Notes under the pieces: model-generated
What the model saw: only the letters and a program-made list of their open reading frames with translations
Told to the model about the DNA's origin: nothing
The model's database searches: none
Program-made: the position numbers and the translations under genes
In this document: piece after piece, positions 1 through 9,300 of the stretch
Layout of the letters: the number at the start of each line of letters is the position of its first letter
Numbering within the stretch: the stretch's first letter is position 1
Assembly (NCBI GenBank): GCA_043808015.1
Contig: JAZDFI010000009.1
Span: 1 to 61,386 of the forward strand
DNA: 61,386 bases
Direction: 5' to 3'
From: Candidatus Aenigmatarchaeota archaeon
GTDB lineage: Archaea; Aenigmatarchaeota; Aenigmatarchaeia; QMZP01; QMZT01

Positions 1-398
1 ATGAAGTCGAGCATGCCGGAAACCGGAAAAAGGTATGAAATGACTACAATAAGGATTCTGCAAAGCACGGCAAGCGCCGCAATCATGCTGAGGACGAATC
101 CTATTTTTCCCGTTTTCTTTGGCTGTTCGGGAGGCGGCTGAACGGGCTGCATCGCTGGTTCCGGCTGGGCCGGCTCAGTCGCCAGCGTCGCCTGCGGCTG
201 CGAATCCATCATGAATGACGGCTGCTCCTGAAAAGTCTCTGCTCGCTCTTCTTTTTTCGCGGGGTTCTGGATGAAGTCGAATATCTCTTTTATCTGTTCC
301 TTGCTCCAGCCGGAGTCGAGGAGCGACTGTATTATGCGCTCGGACGGCGCGCCTGCCCTTATCTGGAAGAAAATGTAGTCAACGACTCTCTGGTCCAC
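1..398 (-). CDS. hypothetical membrane-anchored protein, truncated by the window edge
   Basis: The minus-strand frame is open from GTG at 396-398 to position 1, so it has no stop in the window and is absent from the ORF track. My translation is VDQRVVDYIFFQIRAGAPSERIIQSLLDSGWSKEQIKEIFDFIQNP, then a Pro/Gln-rich linker, then a hydrophobic helix IGFVLSMIAALAVLCRILIVVISYLF. Confidence 0.35.
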   Translation of the reverse strand, partial: MDQRVVDYIFFQIRAGAPSERIIQSLLDSGWSKEQIKEIFDFIQNPAKKEERAETFQEQPSFMMDSQPQATLATEPAQPEPAMQPVQPPPEQPKKTGKIGFVLSMIAALAVLCRILIVVISYLFPVSGMLDF

Positions 399-480
399 CA
401 TTCATATAAAAATTGTTACCGTCCGTATAAATAGTCAGGTATATTAGCCAGCCTTCCAATTTTTACGCAGGAGGTATACT

Positions 481-924
481 ATGGCAGAATATGCGGGTGT
501 TTTACACAGGATACTGGCAGCGGTAATAGACCATGCGATACTGGCAATCATAACGATGGTAATAGCATTGCCTTTCGGCGTTTCGGGCGCTTTCATGATG
601 ATGGGCGCCGATCCTATAGCCGCGATGGCCGCAGCTGCCTCTTGGATGACCTTTATAGTGATTTCCGCCATAATCTGGCTTGTCTATTTCCCGTATTTCG
701 AAAGCACGACCGGCCAGACGATAGGCAAGAAACTCATGGGTATAAAGGTTGTCAGGGAAGACGGCAAGAAGGTTACGATGCCAGAAGCGATAATAAGAAC
801 TGTTTTGAGAATAGTGGATGAGCTACCATTTGCTTACATAATAGGCCTGATAGTGATGCTGGTATCGCAGAAGAAACAGAGAATCGGCGACATGGCAGCC
901 AGGACGATTGTTGTGAAGGCTTGA
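481..924 (+). CDS. RDD family membrane protein
   Basis: 147 aa with hydrophobic helices and RDD-like signature segments (GQTIGKKLMGIKVVREDGKK ... RIGDMAARTIVV). A GGAGG Shine-Dalgarno-like motif lies just upstream of the ATG. Confidence 0.7.
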   Translation: MAEYAGVLHRILAAVIDHAILAIITMVIALPFGVSGAFMMMGADPIAAMAAAASWMTFIVISAIIWLVYFPYFESTTGQTIGKKLMGIKVVREDGKKVTMPEAIIRTVLRIVDELPFAYIIGLIVMLVSQKKQRIGDMAARTIVVKA

Positions 925-978
925 TTTATTGCCTCACGTTTTCTTATTTTTAATTTTCAAAAGGCTTCAACCAAAGCG

Positions 979-2085
979 CTATACAAGCATTCCGAAAACC
1001 AGGCCTGCTATGGACGAGTAAAATATAACAAGCAGGACGTACACAAATGTTTTCCTGCTGCCGAGGAACTCCCTTATCGCGAGCATGCTCGGCAGGCTAA
1101 GGGCCGGACCGGAAAGCAGCAGCGCCAGCGCGGGACCGGGGTGCATTCCCTTCGCTATGAGCGCCTGCAGTATCGGTATTTCGGTGAGAGTCGAGAAATA
1201 CATGAAGACGCCGAATACCGAGACGGCGACGTTGCTAAAGATCGTATTCTCGCCAGCGACCGACCTGATGAATTCGCCGGGTATGAGAAACATGACCACG
1301 CCCGCGATGAAGACGCCTATGAAAAGCAGCGGTATAAGCTTCCTGGCGTAGAACCACGTATGTTTCATCCATTCTTTTGACGATTTTCTCTGCATGCCGA
1401 AGACGCCGATCAGCGCCGCAATCACGGAAAGCGCGGCCATCAGGGAATACTTAAAGAGCAAATTGATTTGCAGACCGTTCACCAGGAGCACGCCTACTAG
1501 CGACACGAAAAGAAGCGAGACGAAAAGTTTCGAGTCCGTCTTCTCGCTACTTTTTTTGACTTTCCACTTGCCTGAGAGGCTTTCCTTGAAAATGGAGGCC
1601 ATGGTAAGGCCGACGAGTATTGACAACAAAATGGATGCAACGATTCTGGCAAAGCCTATCTGCCAGCCGAGCACGCTTATTGTGAGGAACATGGCCGTTA
1701 TGTTTATCGCCGGGCCGGAAAACAGGAACGTCACCGCCGGCCCCAGGCCCGCGCCGCGCTTGCGTATGCTGGCGAATAACGGAAGGACGGTGCACGAGCA
1801 CACCGCGAGTATCGCTCCCGACATGGAAGCGATGGTATACGATACGTATTTTTTCGCGGACGGCCCCATGTATTTTATGACGGCGTCTTTTTTGATGAAA
1901 ACAGAAATCGCGCCCGCTATGAACATCGCAGGAATGAGGCACGTTATCACGTGCTGCGTCGCATATTCGTGGAGCAGCGAGAAAGCGCTGAGTATGGCGC
2001 CGTCGAAAAGCATCGACCCGACGGGCATGAAATACAGCGCCAGGAAGACTGCTGCCAAAATTATGAAAGTATTCCTGTTTTCCAT
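979..2085 (-). CDS. predicted permease of the ArsP/YraQ (former DUF318) family
   Basis: 368-aa polytopic membrane protein with the characteristic SCTVLPLFASIRKRGAGLGPAVTFLFSGPAINI segment. It lies directly downstream of an ArsR-type regulator. Confidence 0.7.
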   Translation of the reverse strand: MENRNTFIILAAVFLALYFMPVGSMLFDGAILSAFSLLHEYATQHVITCLIPAMFIAGAISVFIKKDAVIKYMGPSAKKYVSYTIASMSGAILAVCSCTVLPLFASIRKRGAGLGPAVTFLFSGPAINITAMFLTISVLGWQIGFARIVASILLSILVGLTMASIFKESLSGKWKVKKSSEKTDSKLFVSLLFVSLVGVLLVNGLQINLLFKYSLMAALSVIAALIGVFGMQRKSSKEWMKHTWFYARKLIPLLFIGVFIAGVVMFLIPGEFIRSVAGENTIFSNVAVSVFGVFMYFSTLTEIPILQALIAKGMHPGPALALLLSGPALSLPSMLAIREFLGSRKTFVYVLLVIFYSSIAGLVFGMLV

Positions 2086-2094
2086 AGAACCACT

Positions 2095-2370
2095 TCACTT
2101 TATGTTTTTTGCTCCTTCGATTATCCTGTAAATTTCCGGCCTGGCGACTGAATACAATATCTTCTTGCCGTCCTTTCTGCTGGAAAGTATGCCGGCGTCT
2201 TTCAGTATTTTGAGGTGCAGCGAAACGTTGGGCTGCGACTTTCCCACTTTCGAAGGGAGTTCGCAAGCGCATCTCTCACCGCTCCTGAGCAATTCGAGTA
2301 CCTTCAGCCGCGTGGGGTCGGCAAGCGCCCTGAAAACCATGATATTGTTCATGTAAACATATTTGTTCAT
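2095..2370 (-). CDS. arsR: ArsR/SmtB family metalloregulator
   Basis: 91 aa with the winged-HTH signature ALADPTRLKVLELLRSGERCACEL...QPNVSLHLKILKDAGIL. It sits 9 nt upstream of the permease, so they are probably an operon. Confidence 0.85.
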   Translation of the reverse strand: MNKYVYMNNIMVFRALADPTRLKVLELLRSGERCACELPSKVGKSQPNVSLHLKILKDAGILSSRKDGKKILYSVARPEIYRIIEGAKNIK

Positions 2371-2479
2371 TTAAATATATAAATATTTAGTCATTTTCCT
2401 GAACATTCCTAAAATCCCTATAAAATTTGGTGCAATTTGTGGAAAGGCTTGGTATTTAAAGCCGGGAAAAAAATTTTAA

Positions 2480-2956
2480 TTGATGTATAAACCGCTGGAG
2501 ATTTTCAGACAGCTTTTCGGGAAGAAAAGTTATGTACGCCAAGAAGAAATCCCGGCACAAACCGGGAACATGTATCCTTCAGACATGCTGAAAGAGTACG
2601 TGGGCAAAAAGATAACCGTCGGCAGTAACAACCTCGGCAGGCTCAAAACGGAAACCTACACGCTGATGTCCGTTCACAAAGATTTTTTCAATATCGGAGA
2701 ATTCGATGAGAGCGGAAGAGCGGCACATCACCACTTAGTCCACTGGGATTGGACTCTGCCAGGAAACAATAGCGAAAACAACAGGGATTTTGTCCTTGTT
2801 ATACGGGACGAAGCTGGAGAGGAGATATACAACAGGATTGAATGGAAAAACAACCAGCGAGAGACGCCGTGCCCGATAGCCGACCGTGTGGTAAAGAACA
2901 CGAGGGAAACGAGGGAAGAAATAAGGAAGCTTTCACAGCAACCCGAAATGGCATGA
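2480..2956 (+). CDS. hypothetical protein
   Basis: 158-aa ORF starting at TTG/ATG at 2480/2483, with no competing ORF of similar length. I recognise no motif. Confidence 0.4.
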   Translation: MMYKPLEIFRQLFGKKSYVRQEEIPAQTGNMYPSDMLKEYVGKKITVGSNNLGRLKTETYTLMSVHKDFFNIGEFDESGRAAHHHLVHWDWTLPGNNSENNRDFVLVIRDEAGEEIYNRIEWKNNQRETPCPIADRVVKNTRETREEIRKLSQQPEMA

Positions 2957-3142
2957 ATATATTTTTATTTCCTTGAAACATGCAACGACCGCGAGATAAT
3001 ACCGTGAACTGAAGATTGGAAAACGAACCAAATTTATTTATCTGGCCAAGCACAACATATAATTGTAATAATCGAAATCTTGCTGAGGGTCTGGGGCCTT
3101 GGGGTGGCTCCTGGCTTTTGGTTTTGGGGTTAGGCGGTTTGT

Positions 3143-5014
3143 ATGGCGAACCCGGACTTGATGGAAAAGGAAGGGAAGAAGGTCGTTCTTCTGGGGAATG
3201 AAGCGATTGCGCGAGGCGCTATAGAAGCGGGCATGGGATTGTCCGCATGCTATCCGGGAACGCCCAGCTCCGAAGTGGGCATCACGCTTTCTTCCGTTGC
3301 CAAACAGGCAGGTTTCTACTTCGAGTGGAGCACGAACGAGAAAGTCGCTTACGAAGTCGCGGCCGGAGCCGCGTTTTCCGGCGTGCGCGCGCTCACCGCG
3401 ATGAAGCACTTCGGGCTGAACGTCGCTATCGACTCCGTCATGCCGACGATTTATACGGGAGTCAAAGGCGGCCTGGTCATAATGGTCTCCGACGACCCGC
3501 TGGGCCACAGCTCCGCGCAGTCCGAGCAGGACACGCGCTTCTACGCGAGGATGGGTTTCATCCCGACGCTCGAGCCAACGAACGCGCAGGAGTGCAAGGA
3601 CTTCACCAAGCTTGCATTCGAAATTTCCGAGAAGCACAGGATTCCGGTCATGCTGCGCACGACGACGATGGTTTCTCATTCGATAGGAACGGTCAAGCTC
3701 GGCAAAATCCCGCAGCCGAAAACCAGAGGCAATTTCGTCAAGGACCCGGAAAGCTTCTATTGCCTCCCGCCGGCGCTGCAGAAACTTCACGAACGCCTTA
3801 ACAAGAAGATAGACACGATAGAGCTGGCTTATGATTACCTCAATCGCATTGAAGGCGAAGGGAAGACCGGCATAATCGCGACCGGCGTCTCTTACCAGTA
3901 CCTGAAGGAGGTAAAGAAGGACTTAAACGGCCTGAAAGGCGTGAAGATAGCGAAGCTCGTCATGACGTACCCGGTTTCAAAGGGCTTCGTCACCAAGTTT
4001 CTGAAAGGTCTCGATAGGGTGTTCGTTCTCGAAGAGCTCGAGCCGGTTGTCGAGCAGTTCGTGTGCGCGCTCGCGAAGGACGTGAACCCGCGCGCGGAGA
4101 TACACGGCAAGGATATTCTTTCGCGTGTCGGCGAATACAACCCCGAGACGATACAGGCGGCGCTGGCGCCGTTCCTGAAGGCGAAGAAGCCCGACTTCTC
4201 GATGCACGAAGCTTACCTGAAGAAGATAGACCTGCCAGTGAGAAAAGCTGTGCTTTGCCCGGGCTGCCCGCACAGGTCGACCTTCTACGCGGTGAAGAAA
4301 GTGATGGGTGACCAGACCGTGTGGTCTGGCGATATCGGATGTTACGTGCTCGGCATACAGGAGCCGTACAAGATGGAGGACTACATAATTTCAATGGGCT
4401 CGAGCATCGGCCTGGCGCACGGCATCCAGAAGGTGAGCGACCAGAAAGTCGTCGTCTTCATGGGCGACTCGACATTCTTCCACGCAGGCATGCCGCCGCT
4501 CGTGAACTCCGTATCTCACGGCACCAAGCCCATAATAGTCATTCTCGACAACGGCGTGACTGCGATGACCGGCCACCAGCCCCACCCGGGAAGCGATTTC
4601 ACCGGCATGGGCGACAAGAAGGAGCCGATAAAAATCGAGGACGTCGTCAAGGCGTTCGGCATCACGAACGTCAAGATCGTCAACGCGTTCAGCCAGAAGG
4701 AACTGCAGGCTGCGATAAAGGAGATGGCCGCATCGAACGAACTGGGCGTCATCATTTCGCGCGGGCTCTGCAGGCTTTACATGCACCGCCTGATAAGGAA
4801 GCAGGGCGGTGAGTTCGCGAAGTTCCAGGTCGTCCCGGGCAAGTGCAAGAAATGCCTGACGTGCGTCAAGCAGTTCGCGTGCCCTGCCATCATGCACGAG
4901 GGCGATAAAGTATACATACGCGAGGACCTTTGCTGGGGCTGCGGCGTCTGCGCGCAGGTCTGCCCGGTCGGGGCGATAATCCCGGCCGCCAGGAGGAAAA
5001 AGAATGACGTATAA
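3143..5014 (+). CDS. iorA: indolepyruvate:ferredoxin oxidoreductase alpha subunit
   Basis: 623 aa with a TPP-binding region (GDSTFFHAGMPPLVNS) and a C-terminal double 4Fe-4S motif (CKKCLTCVKQFACP ... CWGCGVCAQVCPVGAI). It overlaps the following beta subunit. Confidence 0.9.
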   Translation: MANPDLMEKEGKKVVLLGNEAIARGAIEAGMGLSACYPGTPSSEVGITLSSVAKQAGFYFEWSTNEKVAYEVAAGAAFSGVRALTAMKHFGLNVAIDSVMPTIYTGVKGGLVIMVSDDPLGHSSAQSEQDTRFYARMGFIPTLEPTNAQECKDFTKLAFEISEKHRIPVMLRTTTMVSHSIGTVKLGKIPQPKTRGNFVKDPESFYCLPPALQKLHERLNKKIDTIELAYDYLNRIEGEGKTGIIATGVSYQYLKEVKKDLNGLKGVKIAKLVMTYPVSKGFVTKFLKGLDRVFVLEELEPVVEQFVCALAKDVNPRAEIHGKDILSRVGEYNPETIQAALAPFLKAKKPDFSMHEAYLKKIDLPVRKAVLCPGCPHRSTFYAVKKVMGDQTVWSGDIGCYVLGIQEPYKMEDYIISMGSSIGLAHGIQKVSDQKVVVFMGDSTFFHAGMPPLVNSVSHGTKPIIVILDNGVTAMTGHQPHPGSDFTGMGDKKEPIKIEDVVKAFGITNVKIVNAFSQKELQAAIKEMAASNELGVIISRGLCRLYMHRLIRKQGGEFAKFQVVPGKCKKCLTCVKQFACPAIMHEGDKVYIREDLCWGCGVCAQVCPVGAIIPAARRKKNDV

Positions 5015-5594
5015 TGTTCTCATAGCAGGCGTCGGAGGCGAGGGAGTACTGTTCACTTCGGTAATCGTGGCCAGGGCCGCTAACTTCGAAGGTTATGAAG
5101 TGCGCGGCACGCAGCTGCACGGCCTGGCGCAGCGAGGAGGAGCGATTCCAACGCACGTAAGGTTCGGCAAGACCGTCGATTCGCCGCTCATCCCTAGAGC
5201 ACAAGCGGATCTGATATTCGCCCTGGAACCGCTCGAGGCGGCGAGATTCTGCTACTTCGCGCATAAAGACAGGACGAACTTCATCGTCGACACCTACCCT
5301 GTCAAGCCCGTCTACGCCAATATCTTCGACAAGGAATACCCGACATACGAAAAAATAAAACAGATGATTTCGCCTTTCGCCAAGAACTTCATCTTCATCG
5401 ACGCGTCTCACATATGCGAGCAGAAGCTCGGCGACCCGCTCGACGGCAACATGATGATGCTCGGGCTCGCCGTAGCGAATGGAATGCTGCCGCTGAAGAA
5501 AGAGTCGATAATAGAAGCCATAAAGAGAACCGTGCCCAAAGACCCGGAGGAAGACGTAAAGGCTTTCAGGCTCGGACTGGATTACAAAGAATAA
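5004..5594 (+). CDS. iorB: indolepyruvate:ferredoxin oxidoreductase beta subunit
   Basis: 196 aa with the N-terminal NVLIAGVGGEGVLF motif typical of the gamma-domain of 2-oxoacid oxidoreductases. It overlaps iorA by 11 nt. Confidence 0.85.
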   Translation: MTYNVLIAGVGGEGVLFTSVIVARAANFEGYEVRGTQLHGLAQRGGAIPTHVRFGKTVDSPLIPRAQADLIFALEPLEAARFCYFAHKDRTNFIVDTYPVKPVYANIFDKEYPTYEKIKQMISPFAKNFIFIDASHICEQKLGDPLDGNMMMLGLAVANGMLPLKKESIIEAIKRTVPKDPEEDVKAFRLGLDYKE

Positions 5595-5620
5595 AAATAT
5601 TTTTCGAAAAGCTGCTATGG

Positions 5621-6910
5621 CTACTCCCTGAGATAGTTCCATGCATGCAGCTTGTCGCTGTCCTCTACCCAGCGGTCGCCGATGTCCGTCCTGTAATACA
5701 TGTTGGGTATGAGTATGTTGCTTATTCTGCTGTAGACCTGGTTCTGCGCCTGCCTCATGGTAGAGCCCATGCCAACGATGATCAGCACGACTCCGGAATT
5801 CCCTGAGATGAGCCACTCGCCGTTGACCAGCTTGACGTCCTCAATGTGTATGCCTTCCATGTTGGGCTTCTTCAGGACCACGACCGCGTCCTTGGAATGC
5901 GTCTCGAAAGTCTCCGTGTCCGTGAAAGGGAACGGCGAAGTCACGACGCGCACGCCGGCCTGGAAGCCGCTCCTCACCTTGAGCTTGGTGCCGTTGCCCC
6001 TGGCTATCTCGTGCAGGAACTGACCTATGGGCGTTATCATCGACTCCTGCTGTATGCTTATGGTCGGGTAGCCGAATCTCGAAGTGAACTCGAGCGGATA
6101 TATGCCGTAGCTGTTGACTATGCAGTTGATGTCCATGTAGCCGACATACCCCTCCTCCTTGAGCTTCGGCTCCATCTTCTTGAGTGTGGCGTTGAAAATC
6201 TTGTTGGGCATGGACCAGAACATGGTCGTACCCATCTCGCCCGTGCTTGGCCCGAGGTTGCCTGGGAAGAGCTTCTTGTGCTCGAAGTTGACGTTTATCG
6301 GGTAGATGAATTCCCTGCCGTTGAAGAAAGCGCCGACGGCGACTTCGACTCCCGAGATTTTGCGCTGGAGCTGAAAGACCTTTATGCGGTCGGACCATGC
6401 TTTCTTGTAATGCTCAAGAACCTGGATGACGTCTCTTCCGTCGTCTTCTTCGCCGACGAACAGCAGCTGCTTTATGTTCTGCGCCTCGCCGCTCGGCTTT
6501 ATGACGTATTTGCCGGGATGCTCCTGGACAAAAGCTATGGCATCGTCGAAAGAAGTGAAGTTCCAGCTGGGAATCGTAGTGACGCCCGCCTTCTTGAGTT
6601 CTTCCTGGCCGAAGCCGCGGTCGTCCTCGAGCATGTCAGTGTAAGGCGTACCTCCGACGACGAGCTTGCCTTCCTGCCTGAGCTTCTGAGCCATCGTCCC
6701 CTGGCCGAGAACGTCGTCGAAAACTATGACGTCCGCCCAGTCCACTTCTTTTTTCCAGTCGTCGCATTTAGGCACAAAGCCGTCCGCAATCTCCTTTTCG
6801 CTGGGCGTTTCGATGAAATATTTGGCCTCGTGGCCTTCCTTGACAACCTGCCACGCTATGTCGCCTATTAGCGCGTCTATCGAGACAAAAAGAAATTTTT
6901 TCCTTTCCAT
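5621..6910 (-). CDS. PurD-like ATP-grasp ligase (divergent phosphoribosylamine-glycine ligase homologue)
   Basis: 429 aa. The segments EHKKLFPGNLGPSTGEMG and LEFTSRFGYPT resemble the PurD motifs EHKRL..GD.GPNTGGMG and LEFN.RFGDPE. The N-terminus lacks the canonical PurD GSGGREHA motif. Confidence 0.6.
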   Translation of the reverse strand: MERKKFLFVSIDALIGDIAWQVVKEGHEAKYFIETPSEKEIADGFVPKCDDWKKEVDWADVIVFDDVLGQGTMAQKLRQEGKLVVGGTPYTDMLEDDRGFGQEELKKAGVTTIPSWNFTSFDDAIAFVQEHPGKYVIKPSGEAQNIKQLLFVGEEDDGRDVIQVLEHYKKAWSDRIKVFQLQRKISGVEVAVGAFFNGREFIYPINVNFEHKKLFPGNLGPSTGEMGTTMFWSMPNKIFNATLKKMEPKLKEEGYVGYMDINCIVNSYGIYPLEFTSRFGYPTISIQQESMITPIGQFLHEIARGNGTKLKVRSGFQAGVRVVTSPFPFTDTETFETHSKDAVVVLKKPNMEGIHIEDVKLVNGEWLISGNSGVVLIIVGMGSTMRQAQNQVYSRISNILIPNMYYRTDIGDRWVEDSDKLHAWNYLRE

Positions 6911-6926
6911 GTTTTACAAAGTCACC

Positions 6927-6942
6927 GGACCATCAATGGTCC
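6927..6942. promoter_or_regulatory. 16-bp palindrome GGACCAT-CA-ATGGTCC, 17 nt upstream of the PurD-like start codon
   Basis: Perfect 7+7 inverted repeat read directly from the sequence. Any operator or 5'-UTR hairpin role is inferred only. Confidence 0.3.
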
Positions 6943-7005
6943 AACTGTTTAATTTATGCTAATTATTATTATGTTTCCTCACGTATAAAAAGGCTTCGTT
7001 TTCAA

Positions 7006-7027
7006 ATATTTTACAGTTGTAAAATAT
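7006..7027. promoter_or_regulatory. 22-bp perfect palindrome ATATTTTACA-GT-TGTAAAATAT in a divergent intergenic region
   Basis: 10+10 inverted repeat between the PurD-like gene (-) and the DUF1003 gene (+). It is AT-rich, so it may be a TATA element or an operator. Confidence 0.3.
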
Positions 7028-7085
7028 CAGGTTTTTTACGGGTTTCGGGAGCTCATATTTTTATGGGCAAAACAAATATAATTAT

Positions 7086-7826
7086 ATGGCAAGTGAAAAT
7101 GGAAACGGCAACGGCAAAAAAAATAAAACTATTTTGTGCCAGATTTGCGGCCGGAAAAAGAAACTCAGCGACGTGATGCCGTGCGAGCTGATAAGGCCCG
7201 CCCTGATAAACACGCTGAAAAAAAAATACCCGGACTGGTCGCAGGAGGGCTACGTGTGCCGGGATGACCTGAGCCACATAAAAAAAGATTACGTCGAAGA
7301 TGCCCTTGAGGATGACAGAGGCGAACTGTCCAGGATTGACAAGGAAGTCATAAAAAGTCTGGAGGAGCACGAAGTTCTTGCCAAAAACGTAAACGTCGAG
7401 CTGGAACGGGAGCTCAAGATCGGGGAGAGGATTTCGGACAAGGTCGCGGAATTCGGCGGCAGCTGGCGCTTCATTATCAGCTTCGTGTTAATAATGGGCG
7501 TGTGGATTGCCATCAATTCGATGGCGCTGATGTCAAAGCCTTTCGACCCGTACCCGTACATCCTTCTGAACCTCGTTCTCTCCTGCATCGCCGCGCTGCA
7601 GGCTCCCATAATAATGATGAGCCAGGAGAGGCAGGAGGAAAGAGACCGCCTGAGAGCCGAGAACGACTACCGCATAAACCTGAAGGCCGAGCTGGAGATA
7701 CGCCACCTGCACGAAAAAATAGACCACGTGCTGATGAAGCAGTGGCAGAAAATGGTGGAAATACAGAAGATACAAATCGAGCTCATGGAAGACATAGAAA
7801 AAAGCGAGAAAAAAAGAAAGAGGTAA
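7086..7826 (+). CDS. DUF1003 family membrane protein
   Basis: 246 aa with an N-terminal CQICGRKKK zinc-knuckle-like segment. Two TM helices (WRFIISFVLIMGVWIAINS; PYPYILLNLVLSCIAALQAPIIMMSQ) are followed by a coiled coil, which is the typical DUF1003 layout. Confidence 0.75.
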   Translation: MASENGNGNGKKNKTILCQICGRKKKLSDVMPCELIRPALINTLKKKYPDWSQEGYVCRDDLSHIKKDYVEDALEDDRGELSRIDKEVIKSLEEHEVLAKNVNVELERELKIGERISDKVAEFGGSWRFIISFVLIMGVWIAINSMALMSKPFDPYPYILLNLVLSCIAALQAPIIMMSQERQEERDRLRAENDYRINLKAELEIRHLHEKIDHVLMKQWQKMVEIQKIQIELMEDIEKSEKKRKR

Positions 7827-7929
7827 CAGCCGAAGGCTGCAAATTTTATAAACAATAAAAGCATATTTTGTTATAAGCTCTATGCTTTAATGTAAATCAG
7901 TTTTCAGGATATCAAATGGGGGTGTTTTG

Positions 7930-9117
7930 ATGACAGGACAAAAAAACAGGCTGCATTTTTTGAAGGAGGAAGTGGAGAAGCTGAAGAGCGAGAATCTTTT
8001 CACCACGCTGCCTGTGCTTAGCAGCCCGCAGGGTGCGCGCGTCACTCTCAACGGCAAGGCCGTGCTTACGCTATCTACGAACAACTATCTCGGCTTCGCC
8101 AACCATCCGAGGCTCGCAGCAGCAGCAAAGAAGGCGATGGACAAATGGGGCTTCGGTACCGGAGCGGTCCGCCAGATCGCAGGCACGATGGAGATACACA
8201 ACGAGGCCGAAGAGGCGCTCGCGAAGTACAAGCACACTGAAGCGTCGCTCATCTTCGTCGCCGGCATCGCGGCGAACCGCGGGACGATACAGGTCCTCAT
8301 GGGCGAGGGCGACGCGATAATAAGCGACGAGCTGAACCATGGCAGCATAATCGACGGCGTGCGGCTTACTAAGTCGGAGAAGAAGATTTACCCGCACATG
8401 AACATGGAAGGCCTCGAGAAGGCGCTGAAAGAGACGCAGTCCGCGAAACGCCGGCTCGTCGTGACTGACGGCGTGTTCAGCATGGACGGTGACATCGCTC
8501 CGCTGGACCAGATAGTCGAGCTTGCGGAGAAATACGACGCCATAACCATGGTTGACGACGCGCACGGAGACGGCGTGCTGGGCAAGGACGGCCGCGGCAT
8601 CGTGGACCACTTCAATCTCCATGGTCGCGTCGATATAGACATGGGCACGCTTTCGAAGGCGTTCGGTTGTTTAGGAGGCTACATAGCCGGCCGCCAGGAA
8701 CTGAGAGACTACCTGATAAACAGGTCGCGTTCATTCATCTTCACCACAGCGCACCCGCCGTGCGTCACAGGGGCGATAATGGAGGCGCTGAAGGTCGTGC
8801 AGGACGAACCGCAGCATCTCAAACACCTGTGGGAGAACACGAAGTTCTTTAAAGAAGGCCTGAAAGACCTGGGCTTCAACACCGGCCGCAGCCAGACGCC
8901 CATCACACCTGTAATGGTAGGCGAAAGCGCAACCGCGCAGAAGCTGAGCAAGACGCTTTTCGAGCACGGTTTGTTCGCCAAGCCGATAGTCTTCCCGCTG
9001 GTCGCGAAAGACGCCGCGCGCATAAGGAACATCGTGACCGCTGAACATACGAAGGAAGACCTGCAGTTCGCTCTCGACGTCTACAAGAAAGTAGGCAAAG
9101 AGATGAAACTTATATAA
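7930..9117 (+). CDS. kbl: glycine C-acetyltransferase / 2-amino-3-ketobutyrate CoA ligase
   Basis: About 395-aa alpha-oxoamine synthase with DDAHGDGVLGKDGRG and the GTLSKAFG PLP-lysine motif. The track ORF starts at TTG 7927 and the ATG is at 7930. It is paired with tdh downstream. Confidence 0.85.
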   Translation: MTGQKNRLHFLKEEVEKLKSENLFTTLPVLSSPQGARVTLNGKAVLTLSTNNYLGFANHPRLAAAAKKAMDKWGFGTGAVRQIAGTMEIHNEAEEALAKYKHTEASLIFVAGIAANRGTIQVLMGEGDAIISDELNHGSIIDGVRLTKSEKKIYPHMNMEGLEKALKETQSAKRRLVVTDGVFSMDGDIAPLDQIVELAEKYDAITMVDDAHGDGVLGKDGRGIVDHFNLHGRVDIDMGTLSKAFGCLGGYIAGRQELRDYLINRSRSFIFTTAHPPCVTGAIMEALKVVQDEPQHLKHLWENTKFFKEGLKDLGFNTGRSQTPITPVMVGESATAQKLSKTLFEHGLFAKPIVFPLVAKDAARIRNIVTAEHTKEDLQFALDVYKKVGKEMKLI

Positions 9118-9196
9118 ATTGAATATAATTGAGAAAACGTGGACTGGCACAGACGAATGTGCCTTCCGCTGTTGGGCCGGTAGTCTAGCGGTTAAA

Positions 9197-9242
9197 CCCT
9201 TTTGCGTGCGCGCAAAAGCGTTTACGGAAAAGTTCCGCAGAT
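9197..9242 (+). other. non-canonical tRNA intron in the D-arm (about position 22/23) of tRNA-Val
   Basis: Removing these 46 nt restores a perfect 4-bp D-stem (GTCT/AGAC). The intron contains a strong hairpin CTTTTGCG-TGCG-CGCAAAAG. The boundaries are ambiguous by about 1 nt. Confidence 0.65.
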
Positions 9243-9257
9243 GACGTCGCGCTTACA

Positions 9258-9300
9258 ACGAGCTTTTTGAAAAAAAGCTCGAGCAAAAAGTTCGTTTGAA
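9258..9300 (+). other. canonical-position (37/38) intron of tRNA-Val
   Basis: This 43-nt insert lies directly after CTTACA of the anticodon loop and contains the hairpin GAGCTTTTT-GA-AAAAAGCTC. The perfect 5-bp anticodon stem forms only after its removal. Confidence 0.7.

Noticed and set aside
1394-2131. Long ORFs antisense to, or out of frame with, recognised genes. Examples are 1394..2131, 1547..2272, 3038..3790, 4391..5056, 4890..5816, 5846..6871, 10131..11039, 22751..23506, 28404..29270, 30670..31728, 51883..52902 and 56223..57218.
   Set aside because: Each lies entirely within a gene that has strong family motifs on the other strand or in another frame. Their translations are Arg/Ala/Pro/His-rich or Ser/Phe-rich low-complexity sequence, typical of shadow ORFs in moderately GC-rich DNA.
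3085-3142. A G-rich tract upstream of iorA (GGGTCTGGGGCCTTGGGGTGG...TTTTGGGGTTAGG), considered as a possible G-quadruplex.
   Set aside because: Only three G-runs are closely spaced, and the fourth is about 21 nt away. It may simply contain the ribosome-binding region. There is not enough evidence for a structural claim.
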